Source: a virus. Taken from it: a DNA stretch of 64,000 nucleotides. This document shows, one piece after another, positions 30,801 through 41,885 of this stretch; the first letter of the stretch is position 1, and the number at the start of each line of letters is the position of its first letter. The stretch is from positions 12,725 to 76,724 of IMG/VR virus record IMGVR_UViG_3300044846_001307. One strand, written 5' to 3'. The translations under genes and the position numbers were made by a program. The notes beneath the pieces were generated by a model, which saw nothing but the letters and a program-made list of their open reading frames with translations, was not told where the DNA came from and made no database searches.

Positions 30801-33800
30801 TACATTACCATCTTCATCTACTACATCAACAAGTTCCTCTTGTTTGTTAATAACATACTCTTGTATGATATTAATAGTCTGTTCTGCAATGTTTCTGGGC
30901 TCTGCAGCAGTTACTCTTGCATTAAGATATCCTGTTAAACCTTCTATATCATCTTTTATATTAGAAATGTCTTCTGGAGTCAACTGTATAAACTCACCTT
31001 TCTTTTTTACATTTGGATACTGACCATCTTCTAAAAACTTTTGGAATCTTTTGATGATGCTAGATATAGTGTACGTAGTTGTTTGAGCATTTATCTTTGT
31101 AGAAATAAATTTAAGAACAGGTGGTTGAGCTAATCTCTGAGCTTTAACCAATGCATTCTGTTTTGATTGCTCATTAAAAGAATCAATCAAAGCAGCTTGT
31201 GTTTCCAACCAGTTACTTCTAAGTCTATCATATTCAATAGGGTTGTTTGTCTTAATGTCTAATGGTTCCATTAAAACATTAACCAAATACTCATCAAATA
31301 AGGTAGTTATCTCATCTTGAAACTCTACATCAAAATCTTCAAATTGAGTTTTAGTTGTATAGTTATCAGGAGTATTCTCATCTATACCTTTCTTTTTAAA
31401 ATCATTTTTTACTTCAGCAATAAGTTCATCATATCTGTCATTAATAGCATCTATAGCTTCTTGATAAGCTAAAAACTCTTTTGTTTTTTCTACATCAATA
31501 GTTGGAGCTGCCGGTTTTTTACTTAACTCAGTTTCAATTTCTGCAAGTCTTCCTGCAGCATATTCACCATAGATAGTAGATTTAAGAGCAGCATCTATTC
31601 TTGTATTAAATGCTTCTTGTTGATCATCTATATCAGAAGTATCATACTTTTGAGACAAGTTAAAAATATTTCTATTTTTATCTTTATCATTCTTTTGTAT
31701 TTCTTCTTGCTGACTAAAAAATTCTTGAGCATTAAGACCTTGTTTTTCTAAAACTTCTGTAGCAAGAACTTCAGCAGCTGCTTGAACATCTACATAATTA
31801 TCAGAAGCTAATTTATCAATAGCTTTTGTAACTAATTCTTTTTCTTGCTCAAGTGCTTTACGTTCTTCCTCTGTAAGTTCCTCACTAGCAATACGTTCTG
31901 ATTCTTGTTGTAAGTATTCTTCTTCAGTTAAACCGTATTTTTCTTTAAACTTATTATCGTATTTAGAACGTTCAGCATTTAATAACTCACCTCTTTCATT
32001 TTCAAGAGTTTGAATTCTTTTATCAAGTACTTGTTTTTGTGTAAGAGGATCACCAGCAGGTTTCTTTTCTGCAAGTTCTGCAGCTTTTATAAATATTCCA
32101 ATGTAATCTTCATACAAGATAGAACCTTTGTTAATCATTCTGTTATTTGTAACATCAATGAAGTATTCCGGTAAATATCTTGGATCTTGTGACCACTTAG
32201 AAAATTCTTCTAGATCAACAAATATTCCTTGATCAGCTAACGTATTTAATAAAGTATTTTTTTCAATAGCTGATATCTCTTGATTTACAATATCTCTAAC
32301 AATTTCTTCTCTGTTATTATATAGATCCTTCATGAATTTGAAGTTTCTCATAATGTGTTCATAGAAGTCTCTTGGATTAGACAGTAAATTTACATGTTCA
32401 GCAAGTCTTGCTGACTCATTTTTTAATATATGTGTATCAAGTAAACTATCAAATAAATCATCAATACCACCAATGTTCTGCAACTCTTGTTCTAATTGCA
32501 TTCTTTTTTCATTACTACCAGCTAGACCATTTAACAAATCAGAAAATGCTTCTTTGTAGTCTAAAAACTCATTGCTTTCTCCATTGTCGTATTGTTTAAC
32601 AATTTGATCTATGCTTGCTAAAGAAGCATCAGTATCAGACATGTCTGGATTCTCTCTTAATATCTCATTTTTAATATTTTCAAGTAAAGTTTTATTGACA
32701 AATAAGTCTACAAGACTTTCTTGTCTCTCTTGGAAGTTGGAATATAACTCAAGAAGTTCTCTTTTTCTAGAAGCTTCTGCAATTGATTCTGAAGTATTAA
32801 AACCTTCTAAGTTTTCTATTTCAGTTTTCAACATCTCAACCTCTCGTTGTAATTTGTTAGGCTCAGTTAATGTTGTAAAGTCAGTAAAATTAGATTCTTT
32901 TATAGCAGATAAAGAAGCTAGGGTTTCATATAATTTCTTTTCTCTTTTAACATTGTTATCAAATGACTCATGTAAGAAAACATAGTTATACAAAGCTTGA
33001 TTATATGCTTTATTATAAATCTCAGCCATTCTATATTGCTCAGTATCCTTTTCATAGTCATCTAAGTTGGCCATAAATTTCATTTTGGACTTAGCATTAT
33101 CCCATCTAGTAGCAATTTTCTTAGCATTTTCCAATGACTGATCAAATCTTTCTAGTGCTTTAACACCTTGACCTGGAGCTAAACTCCATGCTTCTTCAAG
33201 ATCAGTTGGAGAAGCTTGTTTATAACCTTCGTAATGTTTTAAGAAAGAGTTAAAGGTTCCGTTTTGTAATGAACCTAATACTGCAGATTGAAATGCAGCA
33301 AACTCAGTATCTCTAATTTCTTTTGTTGTATGATTTTCTGGATCATCTATTACTTTACCTAACAGAGATTGATTAACATAGTTGTTGATTCTATTGTCAA
33401 AGAAATACTGTGGATTTTTATACATAGTATTTAATTGATCTACAACTGTATCAGCTAATTCTTCTCTGCTATCTAAGTACTCTTTATATGAAGCATCTTT
33501 TTTAAGATAATCATTGTAACCAACCGTTGCATATTTTTTAATATGACCCGGAGCCTGTAAGATAGAGCCCATTAAAAACCCTGATAAAAATGTCTCAAGA
33601 CCTTGAGAACTAAATTGTTTTTTAACTGAGTCTCCTAATAAAGCAGCACCGTATCTAAAACTTCTTGCATCAGGATTATTATAAGTATCTACATAATAAT
33701 TTTGTGTAGCTTCTTGTAAAACATCTTGAGCTAACTCTTGACCACCTTCTACTACGTTTGCTTTAAAATAATTTAAACCAACTTTACCATATGTAGCAGG

Positions 33801-35231
33801 TTTAGCTAAAGACTTTATTGCATTAGCTAAGTTTACTCTTTGTTTAACAAAAGCTCCTTCTAATGCAGTTTTTCCTGGTTGAAAAAGAATTTGAAAATCT
33901 TTCCCTACATTAGTAACTACTTTACCAAAAGCAAACTTTGGTGCACCTTTTAAGAAACTAGCATTTGTAATTGAAGGAAACACAAGTTTATTAGAAAGAA
34001 ATATAAGAGCAGAGTTAGAAGCTGTATTTAAAAAAGCACCTTCAGATGCTTGTCTCATCATACTTTCTTGTTCTTCTAAACTTGGCCCTTGACCATTATG
34101 ATCTTGAACAAATTTATTGTACAATCTATCATATGTCTGATATCTTGTAAAACCTCCTTCAAGTTTACCTTCAGAAAGAGCCATGTTTAAGTTCATCATA
34201 TCATGCCACAAAGCACCTGCCGTTGTTGCACTTCTTGCTATGTTAGTTATGTTGTCTGTATTCTTTAACTGATTGTATGCTTGTAATGTATTCTGTAAAG
34301 GATTAATAAAATTACCAAAATGTTTAGCAGAAGATCCAAACAACTCTTTAGCTTTACTTAAGTTGGAATAGTTCTTTACACTTGCTAATAGTTCTTTTGT
34401 TCCTTTAGTTGCTTCTACTAATGATTTAGGGAGGCTCCCTAATTTGTTTAAGAATGTAGTACCACCTTCAACAGCTCCTGTAGCAGCATTTCCACCACTA
34501 AATAAACTACCTATCAAAGCTCCTTCTACAGCACCTTCCATTAGGATACCCATGGAATAAGCTGCTGAGTTAAATAAGTTTACTGTAAACCCACCTAAAC
34601 CACCTTTTGAGGATGCTCCAATAGCATTATAGTATTCATAGTCTCTTGCACTTTCAGGATCTGCATCAAATAAACCATTACCTTGTACTATACTTTGGTA
34701 AGATTTAATAGGATCCATGAAACCTTTAGTCAACATTGGCCATGCAGAATGTGTTGCCCATCTAGTCAAGTCATCTCCAAATGTTGTGTTTTGATTGAAA
34801 AGAGCTTCATTATCAATAAGTGGATGAAATCCAATCTTATTAAATGTTTCTTGACCATAACCTTTATACCTTGCTCTGAATGTACCTTTAGGAGATGCAT
34901 CAAAAGCATAAGGTTCAGCATAATTACTTACATCTGAAACACTGTTTATACCAGCCATACCTTTGTCAAGCATAGCTCCAAAACCACCTTGACTAACACC
35001 ATTTACTGAAGATGCTTTAACAGATGATGGATAATAATCAGGAGATACACCTGATGTATTATCTTTAATGTAGTTTGTAGGATTAGCAAAATTATCTTTC
35101 CAATTTACTTTTGGAGCAAGTGGTTGATCTACTGATGCTGGATTTAAGAAATCACTTTCAGCCATCAACTGATTAAAAGCAGATGGTTGATTGTTTAAAT
35201 TCTCTACAGTATTTAAGGTTTCTTCAGCCAT
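27840..35231 (-). CDS. giant virion ejection protein with PD-(D/E)XK nuclease-like domain
   Basis: 2463 aa; Gly/Ala-rich hydrophobic N-terminal segments, long coiled coils, GELDLLLV...IVDIKT...QQSIY at ~29960-30115. Confidence 0.8.
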   Translation of the reverse strand: MAEETLNTVENLNNQPSAFNQLMAESDFLNPASVDQPLAPKVNWKDNFANPTNYIKDNTSGVSPDYYPSSVKASSVNGVSQGGFGAMLDKGMAGINSVSDVSNYAEPYAFDASPKGTFRARYKGYGQETFNKIGFHPLIDNEALFNQNTTFGDDLTRWATHSAWPMLTKGFMDPIKSYQSIVQGNGLFDADPESARDYEYYNAIGASSKGGLGGFTVNLFNSAAYSMGILMEGAVEGALIGSLFSGGNAATGAVEGGTTFLNKLGSLPKSLVEATKGTKELLASVKNYSNLSKAKELFGSSAKHFGNFINPLQNTLQAYNQLKNTDNITNIARSATTAGALWHDMMNLNMALSEGKLEGGFTRYQTYDRLYNKFVQDHNGQGPSLEEQESMMRQASEGAFLNTASNSALIFLSNKLVFPSITNASFLKGAPKFAFGKVVTNVGKDFQILFQPGKTALEGAFVKQRVNLANAIKSLAKPATYGKVGLNYFKANVVEGGQELAQDVLQEATQNYYVDTYNNPDARSFRYGAALLGDSVKKQFSSQGLETFLSGFLMGSILQAPGHIKKYATVGYNDYLKKDASYKEYLDSREELADTVVDQLNTMYKNPQYFFDNRINNYVNQSLLGKVIDDPENHTTKEIRDTEFAAFQSAVLGSLQNGTFNSFLKHYEGYKQASPTDLEEAWSLAPGQGVKALERFDQSLENAKKIATRWDNAKSKMKFMANLDDYEKDTEQYRMAEIYNKAYNQALYNYVFLHESFDNNVKREKKLYETLASLSAIKESNFTDFTTLTEPNKLQREVEMLKTEIENLEGFNTSESIAEASRKRELLELYSNFQERQESLVDLFVNKTLLENIKNEILRENPDMSDTDASLASIDQIVKQYDNGESNEFLDYKEAFSDLLNGLAGSNEKRMQLEQELQNIGGIDDLFDSLLDTHILKNESARLAEHVNLLSNPRDFYEHIMRNFKFMKDLYNNREEIVRDIVNQEISAIEKNTLLNTLADQGIFVDLEEFSKWSQDPRYLPEYFIDVTNNRMINKGSILYEDYIGIFIKAAELAEKKPAGDPLTQKQVLDKRIQTLENERGELLNAERSKYDNKFKEKYGLTEEEYLQQESERIASEELTEEERKALEQEKELVTKAIDKLASDNYVDVQAAAEVLATEVLEKQGLNAQEFFSQQEEIQKNDKDKNRNIFNLSQKYDTSDIDDQQEAFNTRIDAALKSTIYGEYAAGRLAEIETELSKKPAAPTIDVEKTKEFLAYQEAIDAINDRYDELIAEVKNDFKKKGIDENTPDNYTTKTQFEDFDVEFQDEITTLFDEYLVNVLMEPLDIKTNNPIEYDRLRSNWLETQAALIDSFNEQSKQNALVKAQRLAQPPVLKFISTKINAQTTTYTISSIIKRFQKFLEDGQYPNVKKKGEFIQLTPEDISNIKDDIEGLTGYLNARVTAAEPRNIAEQTINIIQEYVINKQEELVDVVDEDGNVIGRTFADRGPNDPMPARSTQVAEEVETNLLGKDPFIYNPLKPGVDADGNVTAAPLENLFNQFFNDPDIVPEDRVRLFMEAFKRKVYQSQGGWKVFRSENKLKTIEDALGTKPTYENLKNVVSRTAFREFADAGDVVDNLIRVFLTPNAGTKSNFSEFDYDSTVEIKGKMVKISDVMARKVFDKLFAPVTSSSPGGIVTKFRLGIVDGTYTILSENVKLFDRNLRDGNGVTGELDLLLVREDGSVAIVDIKTAGKDKWAAFGTGKLKDKSTYFRAQQSIYGYMFHNNTAITPDLKLMPFEIDVTIDGYINDIELASIVEDGKDTIDLEYLPEIENYGITKTTPEIKAPIKKEAAKESTTNPGIQESDPAKNKLIDNINKPIVLNGRIGKLVTMPDGAFGIEVTVNNDISTLQLTLDTLEANLSVEKEYGTEETLQALKNDIKRISDAINSAEGFTEVYPLQKDSRNVYNGELTLSDAGASLVIETQNVGQVSTVNGQVINAAFSNNDDTVATINGVRYDVLRDSTGTITVLSYMSNDETISKIDKQIGVLSQRIGDLRNIVSTEDVDSDKRDALITKIAKLQDQIKQLGNKRVSLAESNKKMFVYGENADTFIFALNRLPNSFQRATRNATKANETQDLKAIDNLSLSRSIGTAITEIMSAEYPEVLDTLIESGVQALKKSDLNTITKWAQNTIKKLESLGYSVINRGDIVDDITNQINALNDLLNDMQLINLTKNGRISKKQEAADQVFGPGSTEVQKGTSVPTDERSSRKPAEGVSRPATRTELEDLVKQARQEGLSETFEEPVEFEEVLDSVEEINNATLDTIETVYEKAFLDAVKNDQNTAAIREAYANRLQELKTIVSIQNIAVDEYLISKNPIFTDFAGEEVIVVKKGKDSVKLKNIKTEESRDFTEAELIENFEKTTMEATQPEANVEITPVDIEDSNESKDTIKDIQNDAAALAEAKEKSKASDKKSRLDKLAENSKTC

Positions 35232-35236
35232 TTCAA

Positions 35237-38200
35237 TTATTTATTATATTGCCAAAAAGGACTATTAGTTATACCACTGAAATTTTGTTGAGCATTTTGA
35301 ATAGCTTTTTGATCCCCTGCTTGGTGGATTCTTCTAAACATATCAAAGTTCATACTAGCTGCTTGATTTAAAATTGAATTCATACTTTGTTCTTTTCCTT
35401 CAATTTCTCTACCACTTTTAACATCTACACCAAAATATTTGTAATGTGTTTTTTTAGATCCATCAGGCATCATCTCATAAAACTCTCCAACACCTGAGTA
35501 ATCTCCAACACCTGGAGTTTTCTCAATGGTATATTTACCATTACCAGAAGGATCAGTATATTTAATTGGTCCCTGTCTTAGGAGGACTTCTGTAGGAGTT
35601 GGGAACTGTTTTGAAAATAATGGATTGCTATCCCAGATATTTTTTGGTGCAATAAATGTAAGACCATTTTGGTAAATAGCATCAATTTTATTTTTAAGAG
35701 CTTTTTCATCTCCACCATCTGACATACCTTTAATTACTTTTTCAATTACATCTCTTGGAGCTGTAAGTTTCATAGAACCTAACTTTGTGCTTTCCATTGA
35801 CATAGTTGTAGCATGAACCATAAAAGGTTTCAGTTCAGGATCTGAATTTAATCTTGATTGAAGTTCTCTTACAATAGCTGTTGCTTCATTTTGTGTAACA
35901 CCAGTATTATCCCATTCTTCATCTGAACCAGGTAATTTGTTTCCATTAATGGAAATTCTAAATTTATTTTTATCTTGATTCCAGTTTGTACTTAAAATAG
36001 TACTAAACATTTGAGAGGCTGATTGATTTCCTGGATCCCAAGCAATACCTGGAGCAACTATCATAGTACCAGTCTCTGCAGCTAAAGCCACTTTATTACC
36101 AGATCTTTGAGTTCCACTAATAGGATATATTTGTAAACCTGTTTCAGGATTCATGTCTTTTGCAAGTTCTTCAAATGATTGATCAAATACATCAGATACC
36201 CAAGAAGCTTTGTCTTTTACATTTTCTCTACCATCACCAATCATTCTAGGTAATGCTGTTAATGGAACAACATAATTGTACCATTTTGATTCAGCTTTTT
36301 GATTTGTAGATTTACCAATACTAAAACCAAGAATAGCTGATATTTGTGCATCTACTTCAGGAGCCATAGCTTTAAACTCATCTGTATTACCATGACTATC
36401 TAAAGCATATTTAGACATCATTAAGTTTACAGCTTGTTGAATTTTAGCATCATTTATATTTCTATATGTTTCTGGATCTTTACTTTTTACATTCTGTACA
36501 ATATAATTTATATCCTGTGTAAATTTAGTTCTGATTTTATCATAGTTATTATTTCTAACAACATTCAATGCATCATCAGTTCTAGCAAGTTGATCTAGTT
36601 TGATCATTGATTGATCTCTGAAATACTCTTGTGCTAAACCACTTCCAGAGTGTGTAGCAGTCCAACTTTGCATCAAGTTATTTACGTTATAAATTTGACC
36701 AGAGTTAACTGTTCTAGCTGTAAAACCATTAGGATCAGATTTATATCCACTCCAAATTTGATTCCATACTTTTACAATATCTGGTTTGTAATTCTTACTT
36801 CCTTCTTTTAGAATTCTTTTTGCAGTTGGTTCACTTGGATTTAATTTCAATACAAATTGAGCTAACTGAGCAGCAGTAAATGAATCACTAGTTACACCAT
36901 TATTAATAAACTTCATTAAGTTATTCACTGGTTCAGTAGCATTCTGACTGATCATTTGATCTCTCATGTATTTATTTGCTGCATCAAGAGACATTTCTTC
37001 AGCTGTAGTTCCATCTGGTGTAACCATATTGATGTTAAAGCCTTGACTTTGAGGATTGGTATTTAATTGACCATCTTTAGTAAAGCCCCAGTATCCTTTT
37101 TTAACATTATAGTCAACAGCTTTTTGATACATTTTTGCTTGATTTGCTCTGTCTATTTCAGACTCTCTATCAAGATGTGCTTGTTGTTGTCTTGCTCTAG
37201 CATGTTTATCTCTTAAAAATTCTAGACCTACAGGATTAGCTTTGTATTCAATCTCTTGATTAATTGTTGCATAATCATTGGATGCTCTCATTATATCTTG
37301 CTCTGCATTAACAGAAGCAAATCCAGCATCTACTTTTAATCTAGCTAACTCAATATCACTTAAAATATCTTCATCATAACCTTGAGTTGTACCAGTAGAT
37401 TGTTTGTCATTAATTTGATCATTTAATTTTTTTGCATCATCTGCTACAGCAGTATTTACTTTTAATGCTTGATTAAGTCTATCAGCATATGATAATTGTT
37501 GAGGATTAACATTACCATTGTTTACATCTTTTTCAAGATTACCTTGTAAACTTTTAGTAGTACTTAAATCATCTTGAGCTTTAACATTTTTATCAGAAGC
37601 ATAATTTTTTAACCAATCATATTTTTCTTTAATGTATTGTTTCTCTGCTTCTAATTTATTACCACCAAACTTTTCTGCATTTTGATTAGCATAAGTCATT
37701 CTTTCTACAAATGCTTTTTCTCTATACATATCTTGAATATCCGGTCTATTTGTATATTCAGCTAAAAACATATTTTGAAGAGTAGGTAAAATCAACTCTC
37801 CATTTTTCTTTCTTACTAAATATAAACCTGATTGGTCTGGTACTTGAGATACAGCTCCAACATTATACTTCTTAGCAAGATCCATATACTCTTGATATGC
37901 ATTAACAAAAGGAGTATACTGTGCATTAGTCATATTTAAAGTACCCTCTAAATCAGCATCCTTAAACATTTGTCTTCTTAACTCTAAACCTTGGATACCA
38001 AGAGGCCACCATTGTTTTCTTTGTTTATCATCTTGTGAGGTTTTCAATGCATTAGCTGAGTTGTAAGTATTCTTCCAATTTTTAGTCCAAGCCATATCTT
38101 TCATTAAGTACTTGTCTTCATAGAAAGGTTTGAATACTTGCATAGCTTGATTTACATTCTGCTCTAGAGAAAGGTCAAGTCCGGATACTCTTTTTAGATT

Positions 38201-38419
38201 GAAGTCTATTTGTTTTAATAGTTCATCTTTCTTCTTGATATTTAAATCATGTGTTAAGTCAGCACCATAGAGTTGACCATATAGATTATTTAAGGATTGC
38301 CAGTTTGTATCATACTGAGTTTGTTTTGTCTGCATGACATTTCCATAGAAATTTAAGTCAGGCTGAAACGGCTGATAATCTGGTATATAATCTGTAACCC
38401 CTTGTAAATACGTTGCCAT
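35237..38419 (-). CDS. putative internal virion (cargo) protein
   Basis: 1060 aa helical protein, YQPFQPD N-terminus, immediately upstream of the three giant ejection genes. Confidence 0.65.
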   Translation of the reverse strand: MATYLQGVTDYIPDYQPFQPDLNFYGNVMQTKQTQYDTNWQSLNNLYGQLYGADLTHDLNIKKKDELLKQIDFNLKRVSGLDLSLEQNVNQAMQVFKPFYEDKYLMKDMAWTKNWKNTYNSANALKTSQDDKQRKQWWPLGIQGLELRRQMFKDADLEGTLNMTNAQYTPFVNAYQEYMDLAKKYNVGAVSQVPDQSGLYLVRKKNGELILPTLQNMFLAEYTNRPDIQDMYREKAFVERMTYANQNAEKFGGNKLEAEKQYIKEKYDWLKNYASDKNVKAQDDLSTTKSLQGNLEKDVNNGNVNPQQLSYADRLNQALKVNTAVADDAKKLNDQINDKQSTGTTQGYDEDILSDIELARLKVDAGFASVNAEQDIMRASNDYATINQEIEYKANPVGLEFLRDKHARARQQQAHLDRESEIDRANQAKMYQKAVDYNVKKGYWGFTKDGQLNTNPQSQGFNINMVTPDGTTAEEMSLDAANKYMRDQMISQNATEPVNNLMKFINNGVTSDSFTAAQLAQFVLKLNPSEPTAKRILKEGSKNYKPDIVKVWNQIWSGYKSDPNGFTARTVNSGQIYNVNNLMQSWTATHSGSGLAQEYFRDQSMIKLDQLARTDDALNVVRNNNYDKIRTKFTQDINYIVQNVKSKDPETYRNINDAKIQQAVNLMMSKYALDSHGNTDEFKAMAPEVDAQISAILGFSIGKSTNQKAESKWYNYVVPLTALPRMIGDGRENVKDKASWVSDVFDQSFEELAKDMNPETGLQIYPISGTQRSGNKVALAAETGTMIVAPGIAWDPGNQSASQMFSTILSTNWNQDKNKFRISINGNKLPGSDEEWDNTGVTQNEATAIVRELQSRLNSDPELKPFMVHATTMSMESTKLGSMKLTAPRDVIEKVIKGMSDGGDEKALKNKIDAIYQNGLTFIAPKNIWDSNPLFSKQFPTPTEVLLRQGPIKYTDPSGNGKYTIEKTPGVGDYSGVGEFYEMMPDGSKKTHYKYFGVDVKSGREIEGKEQSMNSILNQAASMNFDMFRRIHQAGDQKAIQNAQQNFSGITNSPFWQYNK

Positions 38420-38433
38420 AATTTATCTTTGTG

Positions 38434-38478
38434 TAAATCTATTAAAATTTTTTAAGTTTACTAAACCTATAAAGTTTA
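38434..38478 (-). promoter_or_regulatory. putative late promoter/operator (17-bp palindrome + N20 + TAGATTTA)
   Basis: Minus strand TAAACTTTATAGGTTTA-N20-TAGATTTA-N14-ATG; same layout at 46242-46286. Confidence 0.5.
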
Positions 38479-41400
38479 TAGTAAAAATGGAAGCCATGAA
38501 CTAATGTCAATATAACCACTGTTTTCACGTACTGAACCACCTTTTTTTGTTGTTTGTTGTGATCCATAAACATTATTAATTATGTTTGGATCCGGTGCAG
38601 TATTAGTACCACCTCCACTTCCTCCAGTTCTAGCACAGTCTCTTAGTAGTGCTTCACTCATACCTGGATTGTTTGCTTTACATGCATCATATGCTTTTTG
38701 CCAACTACTAGTATTATTACTTCCTTGACCAGTAACTGTTTTATCAGTAGGTCTAAAATCCATACGTCCACCAGAAGGTGCATTAACAGCATAGTTAGGG
38801 TACATCTGGTTTAATGCATCTGTTTTCCATTTATTAGTAATACCCTGTGTATAATAGTTTCTAACATTATTTCTCATTGCTAATTTAGCATTGTCAAACT
38901 GTTGATTAGCAACTGTATTTTGATCATACAATCTTTGATTAGTTGCTTGATTCAACATACTACTTTGATTTCTAATATCATTTGCTTTTAATTCAAATTG
39001 ATTAGCAATATTGACATTGGCATTATTATACTTAGCTAGTATATCAGCAGCATTTTTAGCAGCAGCACCTTGAACACCTGATGATCTTAAACCTTGAGGA
39101 CCAGCAAACTGTGCTAAAGCATTTGTCTGAATAGCTGCTTGTTCAGCATTAGTACCAAGTTCTTTTGTAGGATCTTGAAACACAGGTCTAGGTACACCCA
39201 TTGATAATGGAGGAGCTGCCGGCATTCTTTTCTTAAGACCCATCAGATCTCCAAATGCACCTGTAGTTTTAATAGTATCTTGTAACCACATTCCAGGAGG
39301 TTCACCCGGTACAGGAATAGTTGTATCATCTGTACAAGGAGGACAATTACCATTTTGATCAGCAGTCATCTCTAATACAGTACCATCAGCTTTTTGACAT
39401 GGACATGTTTTAGGTTTTGCTGGTTCACATGTACAGTTGTTTTGAGCATCTTTTGGTTTATAATTTGGTTTATTTGGATCATCACATTGACATGGACCAC
39501 CTTCTGGTAGATCTTCAAATTCTAAATTTCTTTTACCAACCATATATTTATGACCAGCTGTTGTATCACCATATGTAGTATAAGTACCTCTTTTTGAACC
39601 ATACCAATTTTTATCATTATAATCATATGTATCATCAAGAGGAGAAATTTTATTACCTATTGGACCATATAATGCACCCATAGATGTTTCATCTGCTGCT
39701 CCTGAATGTACAAGACTAACATTACCTAAAAAATTATCCATTGCATATTTTGCATCAGGATCATTATTATAAGAACCACTTTCAAAATCTTTATATGCTT
39801 TTGCATAAGCATGCATAGTAGATTGTTGTAATAATCTATCTTTTCCTTTAGGTTCTAATGGTACATTAAGTTTATCTGACATTGCTGCTACAGTGGTATA
39901 ACCGGCATCAGTCATACGTTTTGTTTCAGCTTGAGCTTCAGATAATGTATAAGGTTTACCTGTTTTTGGATTTATATATTTTTCATCTAAAATTTCTTGA
40001 GGAGTATCCAGTCTATTACCTATATCAGAAAACAATTGCGGATCTACTTCATTAGCTTCAAACATTAAATTTCTTTTCTGATGCATTAAAGCTGCATTTA
40101 TAACTTCATCATCTGTTGGTAAATCTCCATATTTAACAGACCATTTTCTATTTGGATCTATAGATGTAGAAGTTTTACCTTTCCATGCTGCTGGATCATC
40201 AACAATTTGTTTTGTATTTTTTATAATCTCAGCTCTAACGGTTGGGTTATTAAGATTATCTTTAATTAACATGTATTGAGAAGCTGCCACTCTTCCTGTA
40301 GGTGTATCTGGAAAACCATCTAAGCCATCTGCTTTAATATCAGATCCACTAGGAATTGTAAAACCAGAACTTTTTAATTTTTGAGTCTTAACTTTTCCAT
40401 CTTCTCCTTTACGTGTTACTTGTATTTCAGCATTTTTATCTTTATCTTTTGCATTCCATATAGCTCTCTGAAGTTGATCTTCAGTCATATTAGTTGCATC
40501 AATAATTACAGGTCCACCTTGTGTAGTTGCTATACCATCTCTAGCTTTAACCATACGTGTTATTGGACCTGATGCAGGAATTCTTTTTGGTCTACCTTGA
40601 TAGTTTTGAGACATACCTGCACCCATTGACATACCATACTCTGCTTCTGGCATATCATAGAAAGGCATATCATAACCACCCATAGACATTCCATAGGCAG
40701 CCATTGGTGGTGCCATTTGTTCTTCTTCCATAGGAGGTTGTTGACCCATTGCTTGTTCTTGTCCACCTTGACCTTGGGACATTACTGATTGAATAAGACC
40801 CACAGCCTCTTCTTGAGAAACACCCAATTGAGTAAATACTTGTACTACAGCTTCAGGTGGAAGACCATTCTGTAATAAACTCATAACAACTTCAGCAGGT
40901 TCAGCACCTCTTTGTAAAGCACCTTGAACCTCTTGCATGATTTCCATCATCTGATCTTGACCACCTTGTGCACCTTGTGCACCTTGTTGTTCTATCATTG
41001 CCATTTCTTCAGGAGATGGTTGTTGCATACCTTCTGCAGCTCTTCTTAATCTTCTCATACCACCACCATACATCATCATTTCTTCTTGAGACATTTGTGG
41101 TTGTTGAGCTTGTGCAACAGGTTGACCTTGGTTCATTTCCTCAGCTTGCATCATTTGATTCTGATCATACTCTGATTCCATTGTCTGATCTGAATTCTCC
41201 TGTTGTTTCATTTGTTTTTTCAACTGATCATTTAATGCACTGATTTCTTTAGCAGGTAGAATTTGTTCTTCTGTAAGACCTCTTGCTTCCATACAAGGTT
41301 TAGCTACAGCAGGAATTCCTTGAGGAAAACCTTTCATTGATTCTTGAGCTAATGCTAAACAACCTAACTTAATGACATACTTCTTCATCATCAACTCAGC

Positions 41401-41877
41401 TGATTTTCTTTCTATAGCATCAGTATCAGGATCTTCTAAGATTTTTCTATACTTCTGTAAGTCATATTGTTTTGCAAGTTCTGCAGGAGTGTATGATTTG
41501 TTTATACCACCTTTACCAAACATAGCAAGTACAGCTGGATCTTTTATTCTCATACCTCTAGTATCACTAAAAATAAAAGTATCCTCAGGTAAATTTAATG
41601 GTACTCCACCATTATGGTGTCTTGGACCTTTAATGATTTGTTGTTCTGGCATTCCATCACCATTGATGTCTCCATATACAGTTTCTCCACCCTCTGCTTC
41701 TAAGTTAGCTTCATCTCTTGGTACGGCAGTAATATACTTACTAGCTATAAGTTTAGGCTTCCCTATATAAGCATTATAGTCTGCTCCACCCATTGCTGGA
41801 ACATCATTTACTAAAGCACCTTGGACTTGATATCCTGTTTTTGCTTGAGGTAATTTTTTAATTCTAACTTTTATCAT
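38476..41877 (-). CDS. putative virion cargo protein (EAEGGE/GPxHxxGG domain, Q/M-rich linkers, Cys module)
   Basis: 1133 aa; ANLEAEGGE...GPRHHNGGV...FIFSD; repeated xxGG and AxxG motifs; Q/N-rich coiled-coil C-terminus. Confidence 0.7.
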   Translation of the reverse strand: MIKVRIKKLPQAKTGYQVQGALVNDVPAMGGADYNAYIGKPKLIASKYITAVPRDEANLEAEGGETVYGDINGDGMPEQQIIKGPRHHNGGVPLNLPEDTFIFSDTRGMRIKDPAVLAMFGKGGINKSYTPAELAKQYDLQKYRKILEDPDTDAIERKSAELMMKKYVIKLGCLALAQESMKGFPQGIPAVAKPCMEARGLTEEQILPAKEISALNDQLKKQMKQQENSDQTMESEYDQNQMMQAEEMNQGQPVAQAQQPQMSQEEMMMYGGGMRRLRRAAEGMQQPSPEEMAMIEQQGAQGAQGGQDQMMEIMQEVQGALQRGAEPAEVVMSLLQNGLPPEAVVQVFTQLGVSQEEAVGLIQSVMSQGQGGQEQAMGQQPPMEEEQMAPPMAAYGMSMGGYDMPFYDMPEAEYGMSMGAGMSQNYQGRPKRIPASGPITRMVKARDGIATTQGGPVIIDATNMTEDQLQRAIWNAKDKDKNAEIQVTRKGEDGKVKTQKLKSSGFTIPSGSDIKADGLDGFPDTPTGRVAASQYMLIKDNLNNPTVRAEIIKNTKQIVDDPAAWKGKTSTSIDPNRKWSVKYGDLPTDDEVINAALMHQKRNLMFEANEVDPQLFSDIGNRLDTPQEILDEKYINPKTGKPYTLSEAQAETKRMTDAGYTTVAAMSDKLNVPLEPKGKDRLLQQSTMHAYAKAYKDFESGSYNNDPDAKYAMDNFLGNVSLVHSGAADETSMGALYGPIGNKISPLDDTYDYNDKNWYGSKRGTYTTYGDTTAGHKYMVGKRNLEFEDLPEGGPCQCDDPNKPNYKPKDAQNNCTCEPAKPKTCPCQKADGTVLEMTADQNGNCPPCTDDTTIPVPGEPPGMWLQDTIKTTGAFGDLMGLKKRMPAAPPLSMGVPRPVFQDPTKELGTNAEQAAIQTNALAQFAGPQGLRSSGVQGAAAKNAADILAKYNNANVNIANQFELKANDIRNQSSMLNQATNQRLYDQNTVANQQFDNAKLAMRNNVRNYYTQGITNKWKTDALNQMYPNYAVNAPSGGRMDFRPTDKTVTGQGSNNTSSWQKAYDACKANNPGMSEALLRDCARTGGSGGGTNTAPDPNIINNVYGSQQTTKKGGSVRENSGYIDISSWLPFLL

Positions 41878-41885
41878 CGGGTTCT